In this document: piece by piece, positions 38,172 through 48,174 of the stretch
Layout of the letters: every line of letters begins with the position of its first letter
Numbering within the stretch: the first letter of the stretch is position 1
Origin: a virus
Taxonomy: Duplodnaviria > Caudoviricetes
IMG/VR virus record: IMGVR_UViG_3300012344_000013
Coordinates: 32,001-96,000 of that record
DNA: 64,000 nt
Reading direction: 5' to 3' (one strand)
Translations under genes and position numbers: made by a program
Notes under the pieces: model-generated
The model's input: the letters and a program-made list of their open reading frames with translations, nothing else
Told to the model about the DNA's origin: nothing
Databases searched by the model: none

Positions 38172-38864
38172 ATGTCAGATATTGTTAATAAGAATTATGA
38201 GTATTATAAAAATTTATTAAAAGAAAATATCAAAAGAGAAGATGTTACAAGACTGATACATTGGCTTGATAATTCTGATGCTAGAGTAGCTCCTGCTAGT
38301 TCTAAATATCATCTAAATGTAGAGGGTGGGCTTATACAGCATTCATTAAATGTTTATAATAGAATGATGCAGTTATATTCGTTAGATTTTGGTTCTTATT
38401 ATAAAGATGCAGAAGTATCTAATAATAACTCTAATACAGAAGTAGAGATAAACTGGCCTAATACAATAGAATCAATAACAATTGTAGCACTGTTGCATGA
38501 TATATCTAAAATAAATTTTTATGAACGTTATAGTCGTAATATAAAGAATTCTAATACTGGTGTTTGGGAAAGTGTAGAAGAATATAGAATTAAAGATACA
38601 CAAGAAAGATTTATATATGGTACTCATTCTGAAACTTCTTGTTATATGGTTAATAAATTGATACCAACTACTTTTGAAGAAGATACTGCTATATTGTATC
38701 ATATGGGTAACTTAGATAAAAATGACAATACTCGCGATTTATGTACAATGTTTAGAAGAAATAAATTAGCTTATTATCTTAATACTGCAGATATGTATGC
38801 AACATGTGTAACTGATAATTTAGGAATTAGAGAAAATGGACCAGATAATACTGAATCAGCTTGA
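38172..38864 (+). CDS. HD-domain phosphohydrolase
   Basis: 'YH....GGL..HS', 'LLHD..K', 'H', 'YHMG', 'AD' motifs; upstream promoter at 38113-38142. Confidence 0.85.
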   Translation: MSDIVNKNYEYYKNLLKENIKREDVTRLIHWLDNSDARVAPASSKYHLNVEGGLIQHSLNVYNRMMQLYSLDFGSYYKDAEVSNNNSNTEVEINWPNTIESITIVALLHDISKINFYERYSRNIKNSNTGVWESVEEYRIKDTQERFIYGTHSETSCYMVNKLIPTTFEEDTAILYHMGNLDKNDNTRDLCTMFRRNKLAYYLNTADMYATCVTDNLGIRENGPDNTESA

Positions 38865-39180
38865 GCAATTAAAATTCTATAATTATATTATTGATAATAA
38901 TCCTAATAAAAAAGATATGTCTTCTATAGATAATGATATCATTTTTAGTAAAGCTAATGTTGTTAATAAATCTAATAAATATAGATTTATTTTAGAAGAA
39001 TATATGGTTAAGCCATACGCAGGATTTACATTTAATGAGCAGTTTAATAATGGTATAAATCCTCCATCGGTTGTTTTAGAAGGAGAGATTATAAAAACAA
39101 CTGAAAAAATGTATAGAATTAAGTGCAATGATTGGGAAGGTTGGGTTCCTATTAAAAGTTGTAGATTGGAGAAAATATAG
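38836..39180 (+). CDS. Hypothetical protein
   Basis: Operon context; C-terminal 'WEGWVP'. Confidence 0.5.
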   Translation: MDQIILNQLEQLKFYNYIIDNNPNKKDMSSIDNDIIFSKANVVNKSNKYRFILEEYMVKPYAGFTFNEQFNNGINPPSVVLEGEIIKTTEKMYRIKCNDWEGWVPIKSCRLEKI

Positions 39181-40164
39181 ATGAGCAGTTTAGCTAATGA
39201 TTTAAGACCTACTTGTTGGGCTGAAGTTGTTGGGCAACCAGTTACTGTAAGTGTATTAAGTAGACAAATAGCTGAGAAAAAGATAAAACAAGCATATTTG
39301 TTTTCTGGACCTGCTGGAACGGGAAAAACTTCAGTTGCTAGAATATTTGCACAAGATTTGGGGTGTGAGCCTATTGAATTAGATGCTGCTTCTAATAATG
39401 GTGTAGATAGTGTAAGAGCTATAATAAGCGATGCCAGTATGTCTTCTATATATTCTGATTATAAAGTTTATATACTAGATGAGTGCCATAGATTTTCAGG
39501 AGCGGCTTGGGATTCATTACTTAAACTTATTGAAGAACCGCCTGAAGGCGTTATATTTATATTCTGTACTACTGATGCTGATAAGGTGCCTTTAACTATA
39601 TTATCTAGATTACAGAGATTTGATTTTAAGCTAGTTAGTAGAGAAGATATAGCTAGTAGATTAGCATATATACTTAATGAAATTACACACATGAAATATG
39701 AAGAATCTGCATTGGATAGAATAGCAACTTATTCTCAAGGACATTTAAGGACCGCGATACAGGCATTAGATAAGTGTTTAAGCTGTTTAGATGATTTAAC
39801 ACTTAGAGCAGTAGAAGAAACATTAGGATATGCTAGTATAGAAGCTACTGAACATTTTATTGATGGGTTGCAGAAATCTAATAGCAATACTTGTTTAGAA
39901 ATAATAGATACCTGTAATAAGTTAGGTAGTAATAATCTTATTGAATTATTTAATAGTATTATGAGTTATACTCTTGATTTATTGATTTTTGATAAAACAC
40001 ATAATACTAAATATTGTAACTATAACTTAAGTGTAGATTATATATCTAATTATGATTTTAATAAAATTAAGCTTATTTATTATAGATGTTTGTCATTGAG
40101 ACAATTGATAAATCAGTTAAATGTTGGTGATATGCTTAAAACTATTGTATTGGAGATGTGTTAA
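39181..40164 (+). CDS. dnaX: Clamp loader ATPase (DnaX gamma/tau-like)
   Basis: 'RP....VVGQ', 'YLFSGPAGTGKT', 'ELDAASNNGVD', 'ILDECH', 'LLKLIEEPP', 'TILSR'. Confidence 0.92.
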   Translation: MSSLANDLRPTCWAEVVGQPVTVSVLSRQIAEKKIKQAYLFSGPAGTGKTSVARIFAQDLGCEPIELDAASNNGVDSVRAIISDASMSSIYSDYKVYILDECHRFSGAAWDSLLKLIEEPPEGVIFIFCTTDADKVPLTILSRLQRFDFKLVSREDIASRLAYILNEITHMKYEESALDRIATYSQGHLRTAIQALDKCLSCLDDLTLRAVEETLGYASIEATEHFIDGLQKSNSNTCLEIIDTCNKLGSNNLIELFNSIMSYTLDLLIFDKTHNTKYCNYNLSVDYISNYDFNKIKLIYYRCLSLRQLINQLNVGDMLKTIVLEMC

Positions 40165-40469
40165 TGGACGTAGTTGACTTTTCTAAATATGTAGTTAATA
40201 ATCTTAATAGAGCTACTCTTTCTAATGCGCTAAATATAACTAATACTGTGATAAGTTCTAAGTATAATTTGGAAGAATTTGTAAACAATATTATAAAGTA
40301 TTCTATTGAATTAGGTCAGCAGGATAAGTTAAACTATAATTTGGTATATAATATATTGTTTTATTCAAATAAATGTCTTGAGACCTTAAAAAATAAAGGT
40401 AGTTTAACAGATACTATGATACTGGATGATTATATAATAGAAATTTGGAGAACTATAAATGGACATTAA
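40158..40469 (+). CDS. Hypothetical helical protein, possible clamp loader accessory
   Basis: Overlapping stop/start between clamp loader genes. Confidence 0.4.
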   Translation: MLMDVVDFSKYVVNNLNRATLSNALNITNTVISSKYNLEEFVNNIIKYSIELGQQDKLNYNLVYNILFYSNKCLETLKNKGSLTDTMILDDYIIEIWRTINGH

Positions 40470-41319
40470 ATTATTAAAATCAGACATAGTATCCGATAAT
40501 ATTGCCAAGTTCATGATATTTAATAATAAAGAAAATACACTTTGTAAGCAATATATTGATACTATCATACGAGTTACTAATAAAGTAAAGAAATACTTTA
40601 TTAGTATTGAAGAATTTTACAAATATATTGATACTTGCGATAATACTGAACAGTATTATTTTATTATAGATACAGATATAAATAAAGTAAAATTGGATTA
40701 TATAGAACAGCTAATTAGTTCTAATTTAAGAATTATAATTATTTCAGAAGTAGATAGTAGTGTAAAAGATAAGTTAAATCGATATGTATTTGATTTTAAT
40801 AAACTAGACAGAAATACTATATATGCTTATTTATTAAAGCAATGTAAATTATATAAAACTGAGATAGATGAAGATAAGCTATTTTATTTAATAGATTTAT
40901 GCAATAATGATTTAAGTCTATGTTTAAGTGAGATAGATAAGATATTTATTATGAATCAAGAGAATTCAAATAGTTTGTTTGATTATATGCTTAAATATGG
41001 ATTTTCAGATTATAGAAAATCTAACATGTTTGAATTTATAAATAAAGTATTATCTAAAAATATGAGTGCATTTGATGATTATTTAAGATTAGATGAATCT
41101 CCTATTCAATTATTTTATAATATGTATAATATGGCTCGTAAAAGATTTATAAATTCTAATAATTTATACTATTGTAAAGTAATGGAACTTTCTTATAAGT
41201 TAATAAAAATGATTACAAATGGCTTAATAAGTGCAGATTATTCTATTAAATTTTTTTTATATGAGGTACTAATAAATGAGGATTCTAGTATATGCAGACA
41301 ATCACTTTTGTCAGTATAG
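40459..41319 (+). CDS. holA: Clamp loader delta-like subunit
   Basis: 'LIDLCNNDL....SEIDKI' and 'FEFINKVL' resemble HolA. Confidence 0.6.
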   Translation: MDIKLLKSDIVSDNIAKFMIFNNKENTLCKQYIDTIIRVTNKVKKYFISIEEFYKYIDTCDNTEQYYFIIDTDINKVKLDYIEQLISSNLRIIIISEVDSSVKDKLNRYVFDFNKLDRNTIYAYLLKQCKLYKTEIDEDKLFYLIDLCNNDLSLCLSEIDKIFIMNQENSNSLFDYMLKYGFSDYRKSNMFEFINKVLSKNMSAFDDYLRLDESPIQLFYNMYNMARKRFINSNNLYYCKVMELSYKLIKMITNGLISADYSIKFFLYEVLINEDSSICRQSLLSV

Positions 41320-42304
41320 TTCTATAATTAGAAGTAGAGGAACTAAATATTCGACCAGATTAGAAAATCAGATAAAGTCTATAAATTGGCTTGAATCACT
41401 TTCAAAAGAAAAAAATTGTGATAAAATAGTTTCATTAGGAGATTTTTTTGATAGTCCGACTCTTAATGCTGAAGAAGTAACAGCTTTAAGGGATATAAAA
41501 TGGAATAATGAGTTGGAACACATTTTTATAGTAGGAAACCATGAGACGAATACAAGAGATATTTCATATAATGTATTAAATCTTTTAGGACTTGCTAGTT
41601 ATTCTATTATAGACAAACCTACTTCAGTAAGTGATGGAACTTATACTTATTGTTTTTTGCCTTATATTTATAATTCTGAACGATTGAAGTCTCTGAAAGA
41701 GTATTTTCCTGATGGCGAGAAGAATATAATATTTTCTCATAATGATATTGCAGGTATACAATATGGTTTTTATAAGTCAGAAGAAGGATTTAGGCTGCTT
41801 GATATTTCATCAAGTTGTAAGCTATTCCTAAATGGCCATATCCATAACATGACAGGGCTAGACGCAGACAGAAAAGTATTTAATGTAGGCAATTTAACTG
41901 GACTTAATTTTAGTGAAAATGCGTTTATGTATGCGCACGGGGTGTGGATACTGGATACTTTTAACGAAACGCTAGAATTTATAGATAATCCTTACGCTTT
42001 CAATTTTTACAAGTTAGATTTTACAGATAAAATCAATGTGGATTTTGATGTGTTAAAGGACAACGCCGTATTATCTATAAAAGTTTCAGAGGACAATTTA
42101 GAAGAAGTAAAAGTACTTTTAGCTAAGTATTCTAATAAAATAGTAACAAGTAGAATCTTAGTTGACAGAAATAGGAATTCTAATTATAATACAGATGTTA
42201 AATTAGAACAAGTAAATTACTTGGAGCAATTTAATGAATATATAAAACAGCAAATAGGTACTAGCAAAATGGTATTAGAAGAATTAACTGAGGTAACTAG
42301 ATGA
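41276..42304 (+). CDS. sbcD: SbcD/Mre11/gp47-like nuclease
   Basis: DNH, GDFFD, GNHE, SH, GHIH metallophosphoesterase motifs. Confidence 0.9.
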   Translation: MRILVYADNHFCQYSSIIRSRGTKYSTRLENQIKSINWLESLSKEKNCDKIVSLGDFFDSPTLNAEEVTALRDIKWNNELEHIFIVGNHETNTRDISYNVLNLLGLASYSIIDKPTSVSDGTYTYCFLPYIYNSERLKSLKEYFPDGEKNIIFSHNDIAGIQYGFYKSEEGFRLLDISSSCKLFLNGHIHNMTGLDADRKVFNVGNLTGLNFSENAFMYAHGVWILDTFNETLEFIDNPYAFNFYKLDFTDKINVDFDVLKDNAVLSIKVSEDNLEEVKVLLAKYSNKIVTSRILVDRNRNSNYNTDVKLEQVNYLEQFNEYIKQQIGTSKMVLEELTEVTR

Positions 42305-44169
42305 ATTTAATATTTAAGAATATGCGTATATCTAATTTTATGTCTTTTTCTGAAGCTGATGTAGATTTAGATAATAACGGATTTGTTATTGTATCTGGCA
42401 CTAATAATAATATAAATGATAATGCTAAAAGTAATGGTTCAGGTAAGTCTACTATATTTGAAGCTTTATGCTGGTGTTTAACAGGTACTACTATTAGAGG
42501 AATAAAAGACGTAGTTAATCTTTATGGTGATGATGGAGCTGTAGTAGAATTATTATTTAATGTAGATAATAGAGAATATAGGTTAATTCGTTCAAAAGAC
42601 CATAGTGAACTAAAGACTAATCTTAAGATTTATATAAATGGGGAAGATAAATCAGGTAAAAGTATTAGAGACACTTCTAAGTTATTATCTAGATATTTAC
42701 CTGATTTAACAAGTTCTTTAATAGGTTCAGTAGTAGTATTAGGCCAAGGACTTCCTGGAAGATTTACTAACAATTCGCCTTCAGGTAGAAAAGAATTACT
42801 TGAAATCATGACTAAATCTAATTTTATGGTAGATGATTTGAAGGATAGATTGAATTATAGGTTAGAAGCACTTAATATACAAAAACGTCATCGGGAAGAT
42901 GCTGATATTAAACTTAATACCACTATTGAATCTTATAAGAATCAGCTAGATAATTATAAACAGCAGTTAGATAGTTTAAGTGATGCTACTCAAATAAAAC
43001 TTGATATAGAATTTATTAAAAACGAAATAGATAAAGAATCTACTTTAATTACTGTATGCAAGAATGGCATAAACAGCTATAAAGAAGATTTACAGAAGTG
43101 CGTAGATTCACTACAATTTTATAATGACTTATTATATAGAAATAAATCAGATATGGAAGAAATGTTAGCTAATTTCACTAAAGAGTTTAGAGAAAATCTT
43201 ACTAATTTAGAATCAGAACAAAGAGATATCTCTAATGAGCTTAAAAGAATAGCTAGTATAAAAGATATTTGCCCTACTTGTGGACAGCATCTGGTAGGGG
43301 TTAAAAAACCTAATCCAAAGCCTTTACAAGATAAATACGAAGAACTTCAATATCAAATAGGTACTTGTAGAGATAATATAGATGCACAAGAAAGAGTGCA
43401 TAAAAAAGTATTAGAAGAAAAAAATAAAGAAGTACAAAATAAAATTGATGAGTTACTTTCTAAAAAGCAGCAGTATGAGGCAATAATATCTGATAATACT
43501 AAAAAAAGAGAGTCATATTTAAGTGAATTCTATAGTAATCAATCTAAAATAAGTGTACTGCAGGAAAAATTAAATACTCTTGAAGCTACTAAAGAGAATC
43601 TACAGAATCAGATTATAATGCTAAATAAGTCTATAGAAGAAACTCAATCTAAAATATTGTATAATATTAATGAGAGAGATAATTATTCTCAAAGAATAGA
43701 TATAGATAAGAAAATGATGTCGTTAGTAACAAGAGATTTTAGAGGACACTTACTATTAGGGGTTATTGATTTTCTTAATTCAAAAGCAAAACAATATTGT
43801 AAAGATGTATTCAATACAGAATTATTAAGGTTTGAATTAAGTGGAAATAATATAGATATTTATTATGGTGATAAGGTATACGAAGTGCTTAGTGGAGGAG
43901 AAAAGCAAAAAGTAGATATAGTAGTACAATTTACTTTACGCAGTATGCTTTGTGATTTAATAAATTTTAGTTCTAATATTATTGTATTAGATGAAATATT
44001 TGATAACTTAGATGATATAGGTTGCCAGAATATTATAAACTTAATCACGCGTAGACTAAATGATATCAGTAGTATTTATATAGTAACGCATCATTCGGAT
44101 ATATCTATTCCATATGATAAGATAATAGAAGTAGAAAAAGATGAAAAAGGACTGAGTAAGCTGAAGTGA
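42301..44169 (+). CDS. sbcC: SbcC/Rad50/gp46-like ATPase
   Basis: NGSGKS, CPTC Zn hook, LSGGE, LDEIFD. Confidence 0.92.
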   Translation: MNLIFKNMRISNFMSFSEADVDLDNNGFVIVSGTNNNINDNAKSNGSGKSTIFEALCWCLTGTTIRGIKDVVNLYGDDGAVVELLFNVDNREYRLIRSKDHSELKTNLKIYINGEDKSGKSIRDTSKLLSRYLPDLTSSLIGSVVVLGQGLPGRFTNNSPSGRKELLEIMTKSNFMVDDLKDRLNYRLEALNIQKRHREDADIKLNTTIESYKNQLDNYKQQLDSLSDATQIKLDIEFIKNEIDKESTLITVCKNGINSYKEDLQKCVDSLQFYNDLLYRNKSDMEEMLANFTKEFRENLTNLESEQRDISNELKRIASIKDICPTCGQHLVGVKKPNPKPLQDKYEELQYQIGTCRDNIDAQERVHKKVLEEKNKEVQNKIDELLSKKQQYEAIISDNTKKRESYLSEFYSNQSKISVLQEKLNTLEATKENLQNQIIMLNKSIEETQSKILYNINERDNYSQRIDIDKKMMSLVTRDFRGHLLLGVIDFLNSKAKQYCKDVFNTELLRFELSGNNIDIYYGDKVYEVLSGGEKQKVDIVVQFTLRSMLCDLINFSSNIIVLDEIFDNLDDIGCQNIINLITRRLNDISSIYIVTHHSDISIPYDKIIEVEKDEKGLSKLK

Positions 44170-45002
44170 CTTATAATAAACCTAAAGATGTTCGTTATGT
44201 GGATATGTGCATATATGTAGACGAGCATATTTATAATGAAGATAGAAATGACGATTTATTATTTCAATATATCTACCATATAGCTAATATGATAGCACAT
44301 AGACGTAAGTATTTTGATAGAGCAAGATATTACGACGAATATTCTTTATATGTAGCTACTAAAGTATATATGCGTTATCTTAATAAAAAGCAATTTGAAT
44401 TAGATGAACGGGGAAATCCTAAACTTGGTAAAATAAAAAGTATTTTGAATTATATAAAATCTATTAGTTATGCTAAGAAAGTTGAATTCGAGCAACAATT
44501 TTACGCTCAAACATTTAATAATACTAATGATTTTTCAGTATCACCTAATAATTTCAAATCATCAATAGCATCTTACACAGATAGTTTATGCTATTCAGAT
44601 TATATATTGTACTTAGGAGACATTAGCAAGACAATACGTCATTACATATACAATCAAAAATATTTAGATAAAGAAATTAAAAATGAGATTTATTTATCTT
44701 GTTTATTAAGTTTCATAAGTTTTATTACATTAAGTAATAAGGTTAAAGAAAGAATACGCGATGTAGGATTAGATATTTATAGTAATCCAAAAGTTATTGA
44801 TAAGCTATATGCTAAAGAACGAGATAATTTTGTAGTTTTGTATGGTTTAGATAATAATTACTATAATTTAATTCATGTGTTAGTTATGAATATTAAGCAT
44901 TTAGTGACTCAAGATTTGAATATGTTATCGAAATCATACATGGTATCTGATGGAGAAATGCAACACATGCTAATGCAATCAGTTGGTTTAAGAGGTATTT
45001 AA
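44166..45002 (+). CDS. Hypothetical protein, possible late sigma-like factor
   Basis: Helical protein adjacent to gp46/47 homologues, as T4 gp55 is; weak motif resemblance only. Confidence 0.3.
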   Translation: MTYNKPKDVRYVDMCIYVDEHIYNEDRNDDLLFQYIYHIANMIAHRRKYFDRARYYDEYSLYVATKVYMRYLNKKQFELDERGNPKLGKIKSILNYIKSISYAKKVEFEQQFYAQTFNNTNDFSVSPNNFKSSIASYTDSLCYSDYILYLGDISKTIRHYIYNQKYLDKEIKNEIYLSCLLSFISFITLSNKVKERIRDVGLDIYSNPKVIDKLYAKERDNFVVLYGLDNNYYNLIHVLVMNIKHLVTQDLNMLSKSYMVSDGEMQHMLMQSVGLRGI

Positions 45003-45370
45003 TGAGAATAAATGAAGAAGTAGCAAAACTAAGAGATGCAGATACTTATTCTCTGATATTATTTGCTTTATATAAGTTAAAAGATATTGCAGAATATAGA
45101 GAATTAAGCGAATTAGTATATATTTTAGATAAGAATTCTTTGCTTAATTTTTTAGAGTATTTTGGTGGCTTAACTGTTAAGGTTCCCACTATAGAAGAAT
45201 TAAGAAATATAGTTTATACTTTATTAGTATATGAATATGTTAATATAGATAAACTCTCTATTGATGAGGCTATAATTAAATTAAATCAAACAGAAATAAA
45301 ACCATTTGAGTTAAAGAAAAATTATATTAAGTTGAATAAATTATTGGAAGATTATAATATAAATATATGA
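45002..45370 (+). CDS. Mor-like transcription activator candidate
   Basis: 'FLEYFGGLTVKVP' resembles the Mor family motif. Confidence 0.45.
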   Translation: MRINEEVAKLRDADTYSLILFALYKLKDIAEYRELSELVYILDKNSLLNFLEYFGGLTVKVPTIEELRNIVYTLLVYEYVNIDKLSIDEAIIKLNQTEIKPFELKKNYIKLNKLLEDYNINI

Positions 45371-45561
45371 TAGATATTCTAAATAATGTATTAAAAGAAT
45401 TAAATGAATATTCTAATTATTCAAAAGAAGAACTTTTTACTAAATGCATTTCAGAAAGATTAAATAAATCAGTTGAGATGTATTATACGGAATTATCAAA
45501 AACATTTAATAAATTAGATAGTATAAATGAATTAAAGGTGATAAGGAGGTTGAATAATTAA
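45367..45561 (+). CDS. Small hypothetical protein
   Basis: Coupled ATGA overlap. Confidence 0.4.
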   Translation: MIDILNNVLKELNEYSNYSKEELFTKCISERLNKSVEMYYTELSKTFNKLDSINELKVIRRLNN

Positions 45562-45562
45562 A

Positions 45563-45889
45563 GTGATAGATTTAGTACAAAGACTTTCAAGTCTAACAAC
45601 TATTCCTGAGAAAAATTTTGCAAAATTAAATGAAAAAAGTGAGTTAATTATAGCAAACAGTGCTTACAATGCTTTACATAGTGGTCAGACAGACATATCT
45701 GTGGATATAGGTTTAGGTACTATACATATAAAATTAGAAGATAATCAAATATTGTATAAATATACGCCATCTACTAGTTTAGAAAAATGCATGAGAAAAG
45801 CAGTTATCGATGATAAAGATTTTTTAACTGACATTGTAGAAAAATCTTTAACTAATAGAATACTTAATGCTTATAAGGATTTAGTATGA
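45563..45889 (+). CDS. Hypothetical protein, possible HU/IHF-like fold
   Basis: Helix-helix then 'VDIGLGTIHI...YTPS..L' pattern; AGGAGG RBS. Confidence 0.35.
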   Translation: MIDLVQRLSSLTTIPEKNFAKLNEKSELIIANSAYNALHSGQTDISVDIGLGTIHIKLEDNQILYKYTPSTSLEKCMRKAVIDDKDFLTDIVEKSLTNRILNAYKDLV

Positions 45890-46377
45890 GTGATAATAAG
45901 CAATTAGTAGATACTTCTAATTTAGATGCGAAGAATATTGAATTAGCTCAAAATATAATAGATGAAGAAGATATATCTAAAGTAAAGGATATGATAAATC
46001 TTTTTAATCTTACTCAAACTAAAAAGAATGTTATACGAGCTATGAAGCTGAGTGGTTTATATGATAGCGTTTCAGATAAGCTTATAGAACGATTACAGAA
46101 ACGACCTGATGAGATTAGCTATAAAGAACTTGTAGATATATTTAATGCTACACAAAAAGCTATTGATAGCGCTAATAAATCTCTCGGTTTAATAGATGAC
46201 GTACCGGCTATTCAGTTAAATCAACAGAATATAAATATATCAGTTGATAATGAAGATGAGTTAAGTAGAGATTCTAAGATTAAAGTTATGGAAGCAGTTA
46301 AAGCTTTCTTAGATAGTCAAAAAGATAATAATGACATAGAAATAGTGGAGGAAGAGGATGAGACATCCAATAACTAA
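45886..46377 (+). CDS. Helical hypothetical protein, possible small terminase subunit
   Basis: Helical with 'NQQNINI' strand near the C-terminus. Confidence 0.3.
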   Translation: MSDNKQLVDTSNLDAKNIELAQNIIDEEDISKVKDMINLFNLTQTKKNVIRAMKLSGLYDSVSDKLIERLQKRPDEISYKELVDIFNATQKAIDSANKSLGLIDDVPAIQLNQQNINISVDNEDELSRDSKIKVMEAVKAFLDSQKDNNDIEIVEEEDETSNN

Positions 46378-47569
46378 CATAAAGTATTCGGACGGCAGAT
46401 ATCTTAAAGATATTATAATTAAAATTATATCTATAAAAGAGAATGACCTTAATATAACCTGGGATGATGTTGCTGAATTGGTTAAGCGTGAGTGCGGGTT
46501 TGACAAGAGCGAGAGCTGGTATCGCAAAGGTGTGTGGCACAATATTCTTGACGAAGAATGCGATAAGGAAACGCCTGTCGAAGAGGAAGAACCTGAAGAA
46601 GAACTTTCTATTGAAGAAAAGATTCTTGAACTTAAAAAGCAGAAATATAAGCTTTCAGAAGAAAGAATCCAGACTAATGCTTATATAAGAAGACTTAGTA
46701 GAGAAGATACTATTCTTGAGATAGCTAAAGAAGCTGCTAAGGAAATTGGTAAACAAAAGCAGTTAATGGATTCAAGACCTATTCCTATATTTATTGAAAG
46801 TAAAGAACCTAAAGTAGGAATTCTTCAACTATCAGACTGGCATTATGGCATAGATATTGACAGTGCTTTTAATAGTTACGACCCTATTATAGCTCAAAAG
46901 CGCATTGCATATCTCTGCGATGAAGTTATTGATAATATTGCTAAAGAGAATTTAAGTGAATTGCATGTATTTGATTTAGGTGATTTAATTTGTGGTCGAA
47001 TTCATCTCACATTAAGACTTCAATCACGTATAGATACTATAACACAAACTCTTGAAGTATCTGAGATTTTATGTGAATTTCTAAATAGATTAAGTACCAC
47101 TGGAATTAAAGTTTATTTTTATTCCTGTTTAGATAATCATAGCAGAGTAGAACCTAATAAATCAGATTCGCTTGATTTAGAATCATTGGCAAGAATTATT
47201 TTTTGGTATATTAAGAATAGACTTGGGGATACTATTGAAGTTGTAGATAATAAATTTGGGCCAGATATTATTACAGCAAATATTTTAGGTCATAATGTTA
47301 TAGCAGTACATGGACATGATGACGCTCCTATAAATAATCTTGATAGACTTACAATGTTAACTAAACAACATTGGGATATTTTACTTACCGCTCATAATCA
47401 TCATTTTTACGCTGATGAGCGTAATGAAACAATTATATTAGGAAATGGTACTCTTATGGGTACTGACCAATATGCTGAGAAAAAAAGACTTTCCTCAAAG
47501 CCTTCACAGAATCTTATTATAGCAACAAAAGATAATGTTATTAGTAACATTAAAAGGATATTGGTTTAA
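46358..47569 (+). CDS. Calcineurin-like metallophosphoesterase with N-terminal HTH/coiled coil
   Basis: SDWHYG, LGDLI, DNHSR, HGH, AHNHH. Confidence 0.8.
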   Translation: MRHPITNIKYSDGRYLKDIIIKIISIKENDLNITWDDVAELVKRECGFDKSESWYRKGVWHNILDEECDKETPVEEEEPEEELSIEEKILELKKQKYKLSEERIQTNAYIRRLSREDTILEIAKEAAKEIGKQKQLMDSRPIPIFIESKEPKVGILQLSDWHYGIDIDSAFNSYDPIIAQKRIAYLCDEVIDNIAKENLSELHVFDLGDLICGRIHLTLRLQSRIDTITQTLEVSEILCEFLNRLSTTGIKVYFYSCLDNHSRVEPNKSDSLDLESLARIIFWYIKNRLGDTIEVVDNKFGPDIITANILGHNVIAVHGHDDAPINNLDRLTMLTKQHWDILLTAHNHHFYADERNETIILGNGTLMGTDQYAEKKRLSSKPSQNLIIATKDNVISNIKRILV

Positions 47570-47592
47570 TACTAATATCCTTTATTTTTTTT
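47553..47592 (+). terminator. Rho-independent terminator
   Basis: AAAGGATATTGGT/ACTAATATCCTTT stem followed by a T run. Confidence 0.7.
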
Positions 47593-47594
47593 AG

Positions 47595-47623
47595 TTGATT
47601 TATTATGTATTATGTAGTATAAT
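47595..47623 (+). promoter_or_regulatory. Sigma-A promoter of the DNA modification operon
   Basis: TTGATT-17bp-TATAAT. Confidence 0.75.
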
Positions 47624-47655
47624 ACATATAAATAAAATATAAGGAGATATTATAG

Positions 47656-48174
47656 ATGAATATTATAATAGAAGGTCCTAATGGTACTGGAAAGACTACA
47701 TTTATAAATAAACTTCTTGCTTGTAAAGAATTTGAAAATTATAATGTAGAGCATTTAACAGCAAGTTGTCCTAATGACTATGAATTTCATAAAAGATTAC
47801 TATTGAATGATAATACTATATTTGATAGATTTTTTATAGGTGAAATGGTGTATCCTAAGATATATAAAAGAGCTTTTAAGATTTCTACTCATGAGATACA
47901 GCAGCTTTGCAATGATTTTGCAGATAGTACTATCATTGTATTTATAGATGCAGATTATGGATTTATTTGTGACTCTTTGAAAAAAAGAGGAGAAGAGATA
48001 GATATGAATTTCATAGATACAGAAAAGCAACTATTTAATGAAGCAGTAGATTCTCTTAAAAACATTAAGATTTATAAAATAAAACATCATGCAACTGGTT
48101 GTTTATATGGTTCAGAGAAGTCTGATGATTATTATATAAATAAAATTAGAAATGATTATACGGAGATGAAATAA
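47656..48174 (+). CDS. dNMP kinase (thymidylate-kinase-like)
   Basis: 'IIIEGPNGTGKTT', 'FDRFFIGE.VY'. Confidence 0.85.
   Translation: MNIIIEGPNGTGKTTFINKLLACKEFENYNVEHLTASCPNDYEFHKRLLLNDNTIFDRFFIGEMVYPKIYKRAFKISTHEIQQLCNDFADSTIIVFIDADYGFICDSLKKRGEEIDMNFIDTEKQLFNEAVDSLKNIKIYKIKHHATGCLYGSEKSDDYYINKIRNDYTEMK

Noticed and set aside
40171-40200. TAGTTGACT inside ORF 40158..40469 as another promoter cassette
   Set aside because: No good TATAAT at 17 bp and it lies within coding sequence
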